A DNA stretch of 64,000 bases from an uncultured bacterium (GTDB taxonomy: Bacteria; Chloroflexota; UBA5177; JANWHV01): assembly GCA_963827235.1 (NCBI GenBank), contig CAWHAE010000018.1, positions 320,001 through 384,000 of the forward strand, given 5' to 3'. The position numbers and the translations under genes were made by a program. Position 1 is the stretch's first letter. Every line of letters begins with the position of its first letter. The notes beneath the pieces were generated by a model. The model worked only from the letters and a program-made list of their open reading frames with translations. It made no database searches and was not told the origin of the DNA. Shown one piece after another: positions 1-10,312 of the stretch.

Positions 1-296
1 CCGGGACCGACCACTTCGAACAGAAGGTTACCGTTGCGGTCGAGAATGCGCGTGCTGGGGGCCGGCAAGTAGGCATTCAGGTTGGCAGGTAGCGGGTAGA
101 TCCAGAAGAGAGCGAGCACACCCACTACGAGCACGAGCAGCAGCGCCACCAGCCCGGCCACCAGCCATCGAACGGCACGTCGCCACGACCGGCGCGGCCG
201 CTCCCGTGGCAACTTGACCGGCACTGCCGCCGCATCCGCATCCAAATGACGGTCCCTTTCGCTGCCTGCCGGCTGCTCGCTATCAGGCTGCTCCAC
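1..296 (-). CDS. Class A penicillin-binding protein / transglycosylase, N-terminal part (runs off window start)
   Basis: Manual translation from GTG at 296 (not in the ORF track): charged/basic tail, TM helix WLVAGLVALLLVLVVGVLALFWIY, then PAPSTRILDRNGNLLFEVVGP, the usual entry motif of PBP1A/1C transglycosylase domains. Confidence 0.75.
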   Translation of the reverse strand, partial: MEQPDSEQPAGSERDRHLDADAAAVPVKLPRERPRRSWRRAVRWLVAGLVALLLVLVVGVLALFWIYPLPANLNAYLPAPSTRILDRNGNLLFEVVGP

Positions 297-646
297 CCGA
301 CCGATCTCACTGCGTCACATCCATAACGACGGGATCGCGAAAAAGGTTACGCGACGCCCAGCGCGCGGATTACAGACCCGCCATCTTGCCGGAAGCAAGC
401 ATAGCCCTGCCGCGGCACGTGGCTTCATTCATGTCCCGCCTTCTCCGGGAGCTTCCCGGCGTCGTGCTGTGCGCTACATGCACTTCCTCGCTATATTCAC
501 TGTGGGCGGGATGCGGGCCGGCACTGCGGGCAGTCGTTCTGCCGGCGCGCCTCCACGCTGGGACCCTCACGTCCCGGCGGACCACGGGCGGCATTCGGCC
601 ATCATGTAGTATTGGTCGCTGCGAGGCGATCTGGGGAGAAGCTGGA

Positions 647-805
647 ATGGCAGACGAGAATCCCGAAGCGTATTGCGTGAAGTGCAAGACCAAACGCGCG
701 ATCGCGGACGCGAAGCAAGTCACAATGAAGAACGGCCGCCCTGCGCTGCAGGGCAAGTGCCCCGTCTGCGGCACCACCTTAAACCGCATCCTCTCGAGCA
801 AGTAA
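647..805 (+). CDS. Small zinc-ribbon protein, DUF5679-like (52 aa)
   Basis: MADENPEAYCVKCKTKR...TMKNGRPALQGKCPVCGTTLNRI; CxxC..CxxC; GGAG RBS upstream of ATG 647. Confidence 0.85.
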   Translation: MADENPEAYCVKCKTKRAIADAKQVTMKNGRPALQGKCPVCGTTLNRILSSK

Positions 806-832
806 AGCGCTACGGTATCGCGCGTACGACGC

Positions 833-867
833 CCTGGAGGCAGAAGGGATATGCCTCTGCCTCCAGG
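833..867. terminator. Hairpin between convergent genes
   Basis: cctggaggcaga-N11-tctgcctccagg, 12-bp perfect stem; no clear U tract. Confidence 0.5.
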
Positions 868-958
868 ATGGCGGTTGCCGGTCTTGGTAAGGCGAAAAGC
901 CCATGAAGCGCCCGCGCCACGCTGGGGAGTGGCCGCGTGTGGTTCCATGCACGTGTGC

Positions 959-2308
959 TCAGTGCAGCCCCTGCTGGGCTACCGCTTGCCTGCACAGGGT
1001 CTGTAGGGCCGACGACGAGCCCACCGCCAGGGCAACGTCCGAACCGTTCTGCCTGAGCGACATGGCGTAGTCCGCTGAGTGCCAGTCCACGGGAGCAGCC
1101 GACGCCAGGGTTGCGTGGAACCGCGCGCCGGTGTACGAGAGGAACGCTTTCACGAAGGCCTGTGCGCCGGCCGTCGAGTCAAAATGCGTGCGCCAAATCA
1201 GCAAGCTATTTCCGCTTGACTGGTACATTGCCCAACGGTCGCTTTGCAGCGTCGTCGAAGCTAGGGTGGCTGCCTGTGTGTCGGCCGCCGAGGTTTGGTG
1301 CTGGTCGAGCAGATCGATCAGCGTGAACGACCCCAGGACGTCGCTGCTTGTTCTCTGCCACCCGGTGCCCAGCGAAACCGACGGAGCGGCAAGCGATGCA
1401 CTTGCCCGCGTGCTTTGCAGGTAGAGCGCCGGGTTAAGCACCTGTCTTGTGCTGCTGGGCGGATCGGCAAGGGCGTGGTTGACGGCATCGATCGCGGCGG
1501 CGTTTGCCGCATCCCCCTTCCTCCCCTTCGCCGCGGCAGCCATCAGGTATTTGACAAATACCGTGCCCTGCTGGGTCGGGAAGCCCAGACGATCCTGCGC
1601 GAAGTCGGAAGTGGTCGACCCAGAGCTCTGCAGCTGTTGGTTGAAGGTAACCTGATCCTGCTTGCTGAACGACGCCGCGTAGTTCAGCATGGTGATGAAC
1701 GCGTCGCCTTCAACCACGGCCTCTCGCGCCATCAAGGCATCCGTGTCATAGCCGCCTGCGCTCATGGTGTTTGTCAGCAGCCTGCTCAGTCCAAACGACT
1801 GATCCTGCAGCGCCTTCGTATACTCATGGGCAATCACGGCCCGGTCCAGAGGGGAAAACGGCTTCTTGGCCGCCAGCACGTAGAGGCACCGCGTGCGCGG
1901 GTCGTAGTCGGCAGCACTGGCCATGGGATAGGGCCTGCGACTGGCTGCCGTCAGGTCTTGCTCCGAGCCCAAGGCTCCGAGCAGGTGCAGCGCCCCCGCG
2001 GTACCGGGAACAGATTGGCCGGCCAGCTCCACTTGCGCCGTCCCCGCGATGGCGGTGCCGAGCGCGCCGGCCGCTAGAAATCGGACTGGGACCGGCGATC
2101 TCGGCATGAGCGATCGAATGCGCGACGTTGCGCAGGCAATGGCAGTCACGCTTCTCTCGGTCACGGCATCGCCGGGGCCGGAGAACGCAACCTGCCCTTT
2201 CGGGCACGGATCAGCGGCGAGCGCTGTAGACGTCCCCGGATCGCAGATGCGCGCGTATACCAGGGCGAAGGCCACGAGCAGAGATAGTCGCAACAGACAA
2301 CTGGGCAT
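959..2308 (-). CDS. Secreted zincin-like protein with degenerate HExxH (HEYTK)
   Basis: N-terminal signal/TM segment; YDP...LYV, IAHEYTKALQDQ and EGDA motifs resemble the HELxHALQDQ..EGDA surface metallopeptidase-like proteins; start chosen at ATG 2308. Confidence 0.7.
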   Translation of the reverse strand: MPSCLLRLSLLVAFALVYARICDPGTSTALAADPCPKGQVAFSGPGDAVTERSVTAIACATSRIRSLMPRSPVPVRFLAAGALGTAIAGTAQVELAGQSVPGTAGALHLLGALGSEQDLTAASRRPYPMASAADYDPRTRCLYVLAAKKPFSPLDRAVIAHEYTKALQDQSFGLSRLLTNTMSAGGYDTDALMAREAVVEGDAFITMLNYAASFSKQDQVTFNQQLQSSGSTTSDFAQDRLGFPTQQGTVFVKYLMAAAAKGRKGDAANAAAIDAVNHALADPPSSTRQVLNPALYLQSTRASASLAAPSVSLGTGWQRTSSDVLGSFTLIDLLDQHQTSAADTQAATLASTTLQSDRWAMYQSSGNSLLIWRTHFDSTAGAQAFVKAFLSYTGARFHATLASAAPVDWHSADYAMSLRQNGSDVALAVGSSSALQTLCRQAVAQQGLH

Positions 2309-2522
2309 AAAAGTCCCAATAATAGCGAAAGCAGCTAGGCAATGACAAGGCCTGATGAGAACAGGAATGTTGAAGAATCTATGAACGCGCCGGCCGCGAG
2401 GACGATCCTCCTTCCAGCGCGTACACGCACCCACCGCGCGTCACGCGCCAACCATTAACGCTAGCACATGCCCCATGGCCGCTGGATGAACCCCTCGGCT
2501 CGCACGGCCACCCGAACGCCGG

Positions 2523-2795
2523 CTACCTGAATGCCGCGATCTTCTCCTCCAGCATGCGATCCGACGGCTCGACCAGTACGGAGCCGTCCGCAAATACGAT
2601 GGTCGGCAGCCGGCACAGGCCGCCATTCAGCCGCTCCACCAGATTCGCCAGCTCCGCCTGGCCGTCAATGTCGATGTACCGGTATGCGACCCCATTTCGA
2701 TCGAGGCACCTACGCGAACGTCGACAATCGCCACACCAGGCAGTGCCGTACAAGGTGACGTCGGGGTCGCCTGGCACATACACCAAATCGGTCAA
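2523..2795 (-). CDS. Glutaredoxin-like (mycoredoxin/NrdH-type) protein
   Basis: YGTAWCGDCRR, NGG..PTIVFADGSVLVEPS. Confidence 0.85.
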   Translation of the reverse strand: MTDLVYVPGDPDVTLYGTAWCGDCRRSRRCLDRNGVAYRYIDIDGQAELANLVERLNGGLCRLPTIVFADGSVLVEPSDRMLEEKIAAFR

Positions 2796-3029
2796 AGCAC
2801 GCGTTCCTCCCCCGGAATCATTCTACCCAACTTCGGCAAAGTCCAACGTGACCCCCGGCACATACTACCCGGTCGGGTACTGCCCCGTCGCGCGGTTGCG
2901 CTTATCATAGGAAAGCACGAGTTGGCTACCACGCATGACCGAGTCTCTCATGCCGGAGCGTATCCCGACTGCCAGCGGGCTCGCGCTAGCCTGGGTGAGT
3001 TCGGTCTACCGTGCTGATCCGGGAGCAGT

Positions 3030-6000
3030 ATGGAGAAGGATGCGCAAGCAGGGTCCCCGCCGCAGCACATAACGTGGCTGCTGGAAACCACCAATCTTCT
3101 GGTTGGCTGCCGCTCGCTCTTCACCCTCCTCGATCTTGCTTACGATGCCATTCGCGATGGACTTGGCTACGACAGGGTGGAGCTGCTTCTCACAGATCCG
3201 GGCGGCGAATGGCTCTCCTGTGGCATCGGCACGTCACCGGACGGCACCAAAGTGGTGGCGGACGATCGCCTGATCCTGCTTGATACCAATCCCTTCTATT
3301 CCGGGGTGCTCCGCGACCCGCGCATGCAGGTCGGTGGGCCCGGCTTCATCTTTCTCGAGGGACCCGACCTCACTGCCAGCCTCGCGCAGCGTGGCTGGCT
3401 CGCCGGATCTCCCCGCCAGAATCTGCTGGTTGCCCTGCGAACGCACGATCATATCCTCGGCCTGATCTCCGTGGAGAACCTCCCCGGCAATCGCGAGCTC
3501 GGGCGCGACGACGCGCCGCCGTTGGTCGCCTTCGCCAACGCCCTCGCCGCCATGATGGACAACGTGGCAGTGTTGGAGAGCCGCGCACGCAGGATCACCG
3601 CCCTCGACGCTAATCTGCGCAGGCGCGTGGAACATCTCTCGTGGCTCCAGGAAGCCTCCACGCGGCTCGCCACCCTGCAGGACATGGAGGGCGTGCTCGA
3701 CGCTATCTACACCAGTGTTCGCTGGGGGCTCCAATACGACGGCGTGAGCCTCTTCCTGCTCGGCCACGAGCGTGGCAGATTGACCGTCTCGGAAGTGCGT
3801 GGCACCGACGAGTATGGAGAAGCGACGCGAGGGAACTGGTCGACGTACCAGGTCGTGGAAGACGAGAGCATCGACGTGGCGTATCCCGGGCTGTCTCAGC
3901 TGCTGTTGGGCCGCGAGCACTACTACACTGCCGAGATGATCGCGCCAGGCAGCCAGAGGTGCCGCATGCCGCATGCCTCCGGAATCTGCGAGCGGCTCGT
4001 CGCGGCGCTGCGTCACGATGGCGATCTGGTAGGCTATGTCGCCGTGGACAACGGCTCGACCGGCAGGCCTGTCGTCGAGGATGACGCCACGCCGCTGGTC
4101 GCCTTCTGCGCGCAGGCGGCGCTCGCCGTCAGCCGCGCCGACCTCTGGAGCGCCTTGCACGCGCAGAGCACCCGTCTTGCACAACGCGTCACCGAGCTGG
4201 AGTGGCTGCGCGACATCGGCCGGCGGATCAACGCTGCAAGGTCGCTGGACGGCGTGCTCAACGTCGCCTGCCGGGGCATTCGCGACGGCCTGCACTACGA
4301 TCGCGTCGGCATCTGGCTGAGCGACGAGGCGGGCACCCGACTGGAGGAAATGTGTTCCACGGCGTCGGAGGAAGTGCCGGAGGATCGCCGCGGCGTGCTG
4401 ACCCTCAACGGCGAGCGCTCCCTCTACCGGGTGCCCGGCCTGATGGCGCTCATTCATGGCGAGATCTCCAGCTACGTCCTCAGTCCAGGCGATGCGATGC
4501 CCGGCACGCCAAGCCTGCTTCCCGGGCCGCCCTCGGAGAAGCTCATCGTGGCGCTTCGCTCGAGTGAAGTAGTGACCGGATTCATAGTCGTCGACAATCT
4601 CCGCAGCAACAGCCCTATCCTGCAGGATCAAGCCGGGGCCCTGCAAGCATTGGCGAGCCAGCTCGGCACCGCCGTGCAGAATACGCGCCTCCAGGAGATC
4701 GAGCACGCGGAGCGACTCCGCCTTGAAGTCCTGGTGGAGACGGCAAATGCGCTCAACTCCACGCTGGACAGCGATCAGATTCTTCAGGGGCTTGCCAGCC
4801 GCTTGGTGCCCGCGCTTCACGCCTCGCACGTCATCTTTAGCGACGTCCACTCCGGTAGCCGCAAGTGCGTTGCCGTGGCCCAGCGCGCCGCCCCGGGCCG
4901 TGACGCCATCTATCCGCAAGGGCTGCAGAAGTGCCACGATCACAACCCAGTGCTGCGGCGGGTCCTGGCGGAGAACAACGTGTTCTACGGCTCGCTGGAC
5001 CGGCCTGATCTTCCCGAGGGCGAGGAAGCATTCCTCCGGGCGCACGGCCTGATGGCCGAAGTGTTGGTGCCGGTGTCATCGCGCGGCGACACGATCGGCC
5101 TGCTCGAAGTCTACTGGGATCAGGCCGCTACCCTCTCCACGGAAACCGTCATGCTCTGCACGGCGATCAGCCAGCAGGTCGGCATTGCCCTGCGAAACGC
5201 CAGGCTCTACGCCGATGCCTCGCTGCGCGCCGAGCGCGACCCTCTCACCGGACTGCACAACCATCGCGCCCTGCTCCAGCGGCTGGACTCGGCTGTCGGC
5301 AACGCGGCGACGTTCGCCGTCGTCCTGCTGGACATCGACAACTTCAAGCTCTTCAACGATACCTATGGCCACCTCACCGGCGATAGCGTGCTTACGTCGG
5401 TCGCGGCAGTGATCCGCGACAGCTGCAGGGAGGGCGACACCGGCGGCCGCTACGGAGGGGACGAGCTGGCGCTGCTATTGCAGGGTGCGACGCGACAGGA
5501 AGCCGCGACTATCGTCTCGCGGCTGGTCAGTCGCATAAGGTCCAGACCGCACGTCGCTCAAGACGGCTCGCTGGTGCCCATCTCGGTGTCTGCCGGCCTG
5601 GCGTGCTTCCCCGAGGACGGCCACACACGCCGCGAGCTGCTCGCGGTCGCCGACGCCGCCATGTATGCCGCCAAGAGGCATTCAGTACGTAGCTCGTCTG
5701 GGTACGACAAGAGCGGCATGTCCGCGATTCTGCCCGACCTTCCGATGCGCGATGCCGACGATCTCGTGGGCAACAGTCCCCTGGGCGTTCTCGAAGGCCT
5801 GGTCTCTGCGGTCGACGCCAAGGACCGCTACACGCGCGACCACGCCGAGCACGTCGCTCGACTCAGCCTCATGCTGGTCAACGAGCTAGGCCTGCTGCCG
5901 GAGCACCGCCGTACGGTGACGGTCGCCGGGCTCCTGCACGACATCGGCAAGGTCGGCATACCGGACAGCATCCTCCGCAAGCCTGGCGCGCTCACGGCCG

Positions 6001-6359
6001 AAGAGTACAGCCTGATCAAGCGACACGTTCCCTTTGGCGTTGCCATCGTGAAAGGGGTCATCGACGACGCCGCCACCGTGGAGGCCATCGCCTGCCACCA
6101 CGAGCGCTGGGACGGCCTGGGTTACCCCAGCGGCATCGCCGGCCAGGAGATCCCTCTCCTGGGCCGGATCATGCAGGTGGCAGACGCGACCTCGTCGATG
6201 CTGCTGGATCGACCGTACCGGAAGGGCCTCGGCTGGTCCAAGGTCGTCGAGCAGCTGCGAGCCGGCGCCGGAACTCAGTTCGATCCCGGCTTGGTCGAGG
6301 TGTTCATCGGCGCCTTCGAAAGGCTGCAAGGCCAGCGAGAGGTCCAGCTCGCCAGCTGA
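3030..6359 (+). CDS. Multi-GAF sensor diguanylate cyclase / HD-GYP phosphodiesterase
   Basis: Four GAF-like domains; DPLTGL, DIDNFK, RYGGDEL; HDIGK, HHERWDGLGYP. Confidence 0.92.
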   Translation: MEKDAQAGSPPQHITWLLETTNLLVGCRSLFTLLDLAYDAIRDGLGYDRVELLLTDPGGEWLSCGIGTSPDGTKVVADDRLILLDTNPFYSGVLRDPRMQVGGPGFIFLEGPDLTASLAQRGWLAGSPRQNLLVALRTHDHILGLISVENLPGNRELGRDDAPPLVAFANALAAMMDNVAVLESRARRITALDANLRRRVEHLSWLQEASTRLATLQDMEGVLDAIYTSVRWGLQYDGVSLFLLGHERGRLTVSEVRGTDEYGEATRGNWSTYQVVEDESIDVAYPGLSQLLLGREHYYTAEMIAPGSQRCRMPHASGICERLVAALRHDGDLVGYVAVDNGSTGRPVVEDDATPLVAFCAQAALAVSRADLWSALHAQSTRLAQRVTELEWLRDIGRRINAARSLDGVLNVACRGIRDGLHYDRVGIWLSDEAGTRLEEMCSTASEEVPEDRRGVLTLNGERSLYRVPGLMALIHGEISSYVLSPGDAMPGTPSLLPGPPSEKLIVALRSSEVVTGFIVVDNLRSNSPILQDQAGALQALASQLGTAVQNTRLQEIEHAERLRLEVLVETANALNSTLDSDQILQGLASRLVPALHASHVIFSDVHSGSRKCVAVAQRAAPGRDAIYPQGLQKCHDHNPVLRRVLAENNVFYGSLDRPDLPEGEEAFLRAHGLMAEVLVPVSSRGDTIGLLEVYWDQAATLSTETVMLCTAISQQVGIALRNARLYADASLRAERDPLTGLHNHRALLQRLDSAVGNAATFAVVLLDIDNFKLFNDTYGHLTGDSVLTSVAAVIRDSCREGDTGGRYGGDELALLLQGATRQEAATIVSRLVSRIRSRPHVAQDGSLVPISVSAGLACFPEDGHTRRELLAVADAAMYAAKRHSVRSSSGYDKSGMSAILPDLPMRDADDLVGNSPLGVLEGLVSAVDAKDRYTRDHAEHVARLSLMLVNELGLLPEHRRTVTVAGLLHDIGKVGIPDSILRKPGALTAEEYSLIKRHVPFGVAIVKGVIDDAATVEAIACHHERWDGLGYPSGIAGQEIPLLGRIMQVADATSSMLLDRPYRKGLGWSKVVEQLRAGAGTQFDPGLVEVFIGAFERLQGQREVQLAS

Positions 6360-6713
6360 CCGCGCAGCAGACCGGTTCTGCCGGCCAGGGATTCCGCCCC
6401 ACCTTCGCCGGGACTGCGATCGTACCCGGCAGCCTCCGCACGTGCCCGTCCTGGATACTGTCGTCGCCCTGCATGGACGGTGCTGCCGGCTGCACACGGC
6501 GCATCCCCTAACGGCCACCCTGGCTCATGAACGGTGCAAGTCGGCAAACGAAACCGCAAAGCGCGCCGCGGATATTCCGGCGGCGCGAAGATACTATATC
6601 GATCTACAATCCCTTATCATGAACGTCGTTGGCAGGTTTCCCCGCTCCGGATAGGGGCAGTGTCGCCTGTATAATCCTAGTATTCTTTTCATTCATTGGG
6701 GAGGGATATTGCG

Positions 6714-8357
6714 ATGCGTGGTCGGCTTTCCTCGCACGGTCTGCGAGCGCTCTTGACGATTGCGGTCGCATCCGCCTTGCTCGGTGGAAGCGTGCACACG
6801 CCTGCTACCGCTGCCGGCCTTCCTAAGGGCGGCACCTTGCATACGGCATTCGACGCCGATTTCTCCACACTGGATCCGGCCGTGGGCTATGATCCGTTCG
6901 CCTGGACCGGCGAGCATGCCATTTTCGAGGGATTGCTCGACTTCGCGTCGGCGCCGGGTAGTGCCGGCACCAATCTGGTCCCGCGGCTCGCCGCGAGCAT
7001 GCCGGTGATCTCCCAGAACGGGCTGGTGTACACGTTCACGCTCAGACATGGCGTGCATTTCCAGGCCCCGGTCGGCCGCGAAGTCACGGCCGACGACGTG
7101 CGCTATTCCATCGAGCGTGCCCTGTCACCGCGCACGCCCAGTGCGGCCATGAGCGGAAGTCCGTTCTGGTCCGATCTTCAAGGCGTCGACGCGTTCTGGA
7201 ACAAGAAGGCTGATCATATTTCCGGCATCACAGTCAACGGCAAGTACGGCATCACCTTCCGCCTCACCCAGCCGGACCAGGCGTTCCTCGACGTGCTGAC
7301 GTTGCCGTTCAGCTCCGTAGTGCCACACGAGTGGGTTGACAAGTGGGGAGCGAAGTTCAGCGATCACGCGCTGGGCACCGGCCCGTTCGTGCTTCAGAGC
7401 TGGACGCACGGCCGCCAGATGGTATTGGCGCGCAACCCCAGCTACTATCGCGCGGGCGTGCCCCTGGTGGACAAAGTGGTGATCGACTTCAATGTCTCCG
7501 ATCACCTGCAGATCCAGCGAATCGAAGCCGGCGCCCTCGACCTCGGCGGCAATCTGGTGACCGCAAACGACTTCTTGAGCCTGAAGAACGATAGCAGCTG
7601 GTCGAAGTATCTCACGTCGGAACCCGACATTCAGGTTACCTACCTCGCCTTCAATCTGAATCAGAAGCCGTTCCAGGGCAACCTCAAGCTGCGCCAGGCC
7701 ATCAACATGGCGATCAACAAGCCATTCATTCTGCGCCTGCTCAACGGGCGCGGAATCCTGATGAACGGCATCCTGCCTCCGACCATGCCGGGCGCCAACC
7801 CAAGCTTCACCTACTACAGCTACGATCCCGCCAAGGCCGCCACGCTGTTGAAGCAGGCGGGTTACAAACCCGGCGACCTCACTATTCCGCTCACCTACCA
7901 GCAGAGCGGCGACTTCGACAAGGTGGCTCAGGAGATCCAGAGCGAGCTGGGCTCAATCGGCATCAAGATTCAGCTCAAGCCCGTGTCGGCCGATAGCTGG
8001 TACAGCACTGTTGCCTACACGCAGAAGGAGGGTCCGCTCGTCCTTGCCCCCTGGGGACAGGACTATCCGGACCCATCCGACTTCTTCGACCCCATCCTCA
8101 GCTGTGGCAGCAGCAGCAACGCCGCCTTCTACTGCAATCACAAGGTCGACGCCCTGGGAAACACGGCACGCGGCCTCATGGATTCCACCAAGCGCTACGC
8201 CGTCTACCGGCAGATGGAGACGCTGGTGATGGCCGACGCCCCCTGGGTGCCGCTCTATGACAACGTGCTCTACGACTTCCACGGCCCGCATCTGCTCGGG
8301 TTCTACATCCCGCCCGTGTGGCCGTTCGACTACGCGGACTACGCAATAAGCGGCTGA
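6714..8357 (+). CDS. Peptide/nickel ABC transporter substrate-binding protein (family 5)
   Basis: Signal peptide; TLDPA, YTFTLRHGVHF, GTGPF, LRQAI, WGQDYPDP. Confidence 0.93.
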   Translation: MRGRLSSHGLRALLTIAVASALLGGSVHTPATAAGLPKGGTLHTAFDADFSTLDPAVGYDPFAWTGEHAIFEGLLDFASAPGSAGTNLVPRLAASMPVISQNGLVYTFTLRHGVHFQAPVGREVTADDVRYSIERALSPRTPSAAMSGSPFWSDLQGVDAFWNKKADHISGITVNGKYGITFRLTQPDQAFLDVLTLPFSSVVPHEWVDKWGAKFSDHALGTGPFVLQSWTHGRQMVLARNPSYYRAGVPLVDKVVIDFNVSDHLQIQRIEAGALDLGGNLVTANDFLSLKNDSSWSKYLTSEPDIQVTYLAFNLNQKPFQGNLKLRQAINMAINKPFILRLLNGRGILMNGILPPTMPGANPSFTYYSYDPAKAATLLKQAGYKPGDLTIPLTYQQSGDFDKVAQEIQSELGSIGIKIQLKPVSADSWYSTVAYTQKEGPLVLAPWGQDYPDPSDFFDPILSCGSSSNAAFYCNHKVDALGNTARGLMDSTKRYAVYRQMETLVMADAPWVPLYDNVLYDFHGPHLLGFYIPPVWPFDYADYAISG

Positions 8358-8459
8358 GCGGCCGATCACGCGCTTGGCAAGGTACCGGTTGATCGATCGA
8401 GGTCCGTCCTGCCGTCGCCGGCCGTAGAGCAGAGTCACGCCGCAAGCGAAGGCCCATGT

Positions 8460-9395
8460 ATGCAAACATTCGATCGTGCCGACGACGGCGGCCCGGCCGC
8501 GGACGACTCCGAGAGCCTGCCGCCCGCGCACGGCTTCTGGTGGCTATTCTGGCGCCGGCTGCGCAAGGACAGACTGGCACTGGCGGGTGCGGCCATCATT
8601 CTTGCCCTGGTGGCAATGGCCGTCGCCGCGCCGCACCTGGCTCCGCACGATCCCGACCAGCGCTTCTACAACGGGATCAGTATGGAGGGAGCGCCCCTGC
8701 CGCCGGGCGACAACGGGTTCCTGCTCGGCACCGACGCTAACGGCCGCGACCTGCTGAGCAGGCTGATCTGGGGTGCGCGCGTCTCCTTGCTCGTAGGCAT
8801 CGTCGCCAACGCGGTGGCCGTGGGCATCGGCGTGGCGCTGGGCGCCGTGGCCGGCTTCTACCGCGGCATCGCCGGCACGCTGATCATGCGCTTTACCGAC
8901 GTCATGCTCGCTTTTCCCGTTCTCTTGTTGGGCGTGGCGCTGGTCTCCATCCTCTCGCCCGGCATACCGGTGATCATCATGGTAATCGGCCTCGTGAGCT
9001 GGACGAGCATGGCTCGCATCATTCATGGACAGGTGGTGTCACTGCGCGAGCGCGACTTCGTGGAGGCCGCGCGGGCAAGCGGCGCCGGCGGCGTGGGGAT
9101 TATCTTCCGGCATATCCTCCCTCATCTGGTCTCGCCGATTATCGTCTACAGCTCGCTCGGCGTGGCGACCGCGGTGCTCTTCGAGGCGAGCTTGAGCTAC
9201 CTGGGTATTGGAGTGCAGCCGCCGGATCCGAGCTGGGGCAAGATGGTTGCCGAGGGCGCCAGCCAGGGCAGCGGCTTCGCCTATCCCTGGCTGCTGCTGT
9301 TCCCCGGCGCTGCAGTGTTCCTCACCGTCCTGTCCTTCAACCTGCTCGGGGATGGGCTGCGTGACGCGCTCGACCCCACCATGCGCGTCCGGTGA
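8460..9395 (+). CDS. Peptide ABC permease (DppC/OppC-type)
   Basis: LLGTDANGRD, EAARASGA, LLGDGLRDALDP. Confidence 0.93.
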   Translation: MQTFDRADDGGPAADDSESLPPAHGFWWLFWRRLRKDRLALAGAAIILALVAMAVAAPHLAPHDPDQRFYNGISMEGAPLPPGDNGFLLGTDANGRDLLSRLIWGARVSLLVGIVANAVAVGIGVALGAVAGFYRGIAGTLIMRFTDVMLAFPVLLLGVALVSILSPGIPVIIMVIGLVSWTSMARIIHGQVVSLRERDFVEAARASGAGGVGIIFRHILPHLVSPIIVYSSLGVATAVLFEASLSYLGIGVQPPDPSWGKMVAEGASQGSGFAYPWLLLFPGAAVFLTVLSFNLLGDGLRDALDPTMRVR

Positions 9396-10312
9396 TCGTC
9401 TACGTCGTTCGCCGCTTGATCTGGGGCGTAGGGGTACTGTTCGGCGTCGCCGTGGTTACCTTCATCCTGCGCTATCTCGTGCCCGCCGATCCGGCGCGTA
9501 TCATCGGCGGCTTGCACGCCACACCGCAGGCCCTGGCCGCCATCCGGCATCAGTACGGCTTTGACCAGCCGCTTCCCAAGCAGTTCGTGCAGTACATCGG
9601 CAGCCTGCTGCGCGGCGACCTTGGGCCATCCCTCTCCATGGGCACGGACGTGCGTTCCGTGCTGCTCGATCGCGCCCCCTACACCATCGAGCTGGCCCTC
9701 GCCGGCCTGGTGGTTGAGCTGCTGGTAGGCATTCCGATCGGCGTGCTGTCGGCGCTTCGTCACGGCTCGTTGGCCGACCGGATGGCGGTGCTGTTTGCGC
9801 TCTGCGGGCTTTCCACCCCCACCTTCTGGCTCGGCCCCGTTCTGCTGTCGATCTTTGCCGTACACTGGACGCTCTTTCCTGCCGGAGGCGCCGACGGCGC
9901 CCTTGCCCTCGTGCTGCCGGCCTTCACCCTGGGTCTTTCGGGCGCGGCGTGGTACACCCGGCTCATCCGCTCCAGCATGCTGGACGTGCTGAGCAGCGAC
10001 TACATTCGCACCGCCCGCGCCAAGGGGCTGCCCTGGCCGGATGTCGTCCGCAAGCACGCCTTGCGCAACGCCCTGACGCCGATCCTCACCCAGATCGGTC
10101 TGGACATGGCCTATTTCCTGGGCGGCGTGATCGTGGTGGAGAGCGTGTTCGACTGGCCTGGAATCGGCCAGGTGGCCGCGATCGCGATCGGCAACGACGA
10201 TCCCAACCTGATCATGGGGGCCGTGCTCTTCGGAGCGGTGGCCGTCGTATTGGCCAATCTGGTGGTCGACATCCTCTATGCGGTGCTCGATCCGCGCGTG
10301 CGCCTGGACTAG
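9392..10312 (+). CDS. Peptide ABC permease (DppB/OppB-type)
   Basis: DYIRTARAKGL, ESVFDWPGIG, DILYAVLDPR; GTGA overlap with upstream gene. Confidence 0.93.
   Translation: MIVYVVRRLIWGVGVLFGVAVVTFILRYLVPADPARIIGGLHATPQALAAIRHQYGFDQPLPKQFVQYIGSLLRGDLGPSLSMGTDVRSVLLDRAPYTIELALAGLVVELLVGIPIGVLSALRHGSLADRMAVLFALCGLSTPTFWLGPVLLSIFAVHWTLFPAGGADGALALVLPAFTLGLSGAAWYTRLIRSSMLDVLSSDYIRTARAKGLPWPDVVRKHALRNALTPILTQIGLDMAYFLGGVIVVESVFDWPGIGQVAAIAIGNDDPNLIMGAVLFGAVAVVLANLVVDILYAVLDPRVRLD

Noticed and set aside
310-646. Possible riboswitch or ncRNA between the PBP and zinc-ribbon genes
   Set aside because: Only short GC hairpins; no recognised consensus
2866-2879. TACCCG-GT-CGGGTA palindrome upstream of the GGDEF gene
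   Set aside because: Single 6-bp-arm site with no cognate regulator nearby; could be chance
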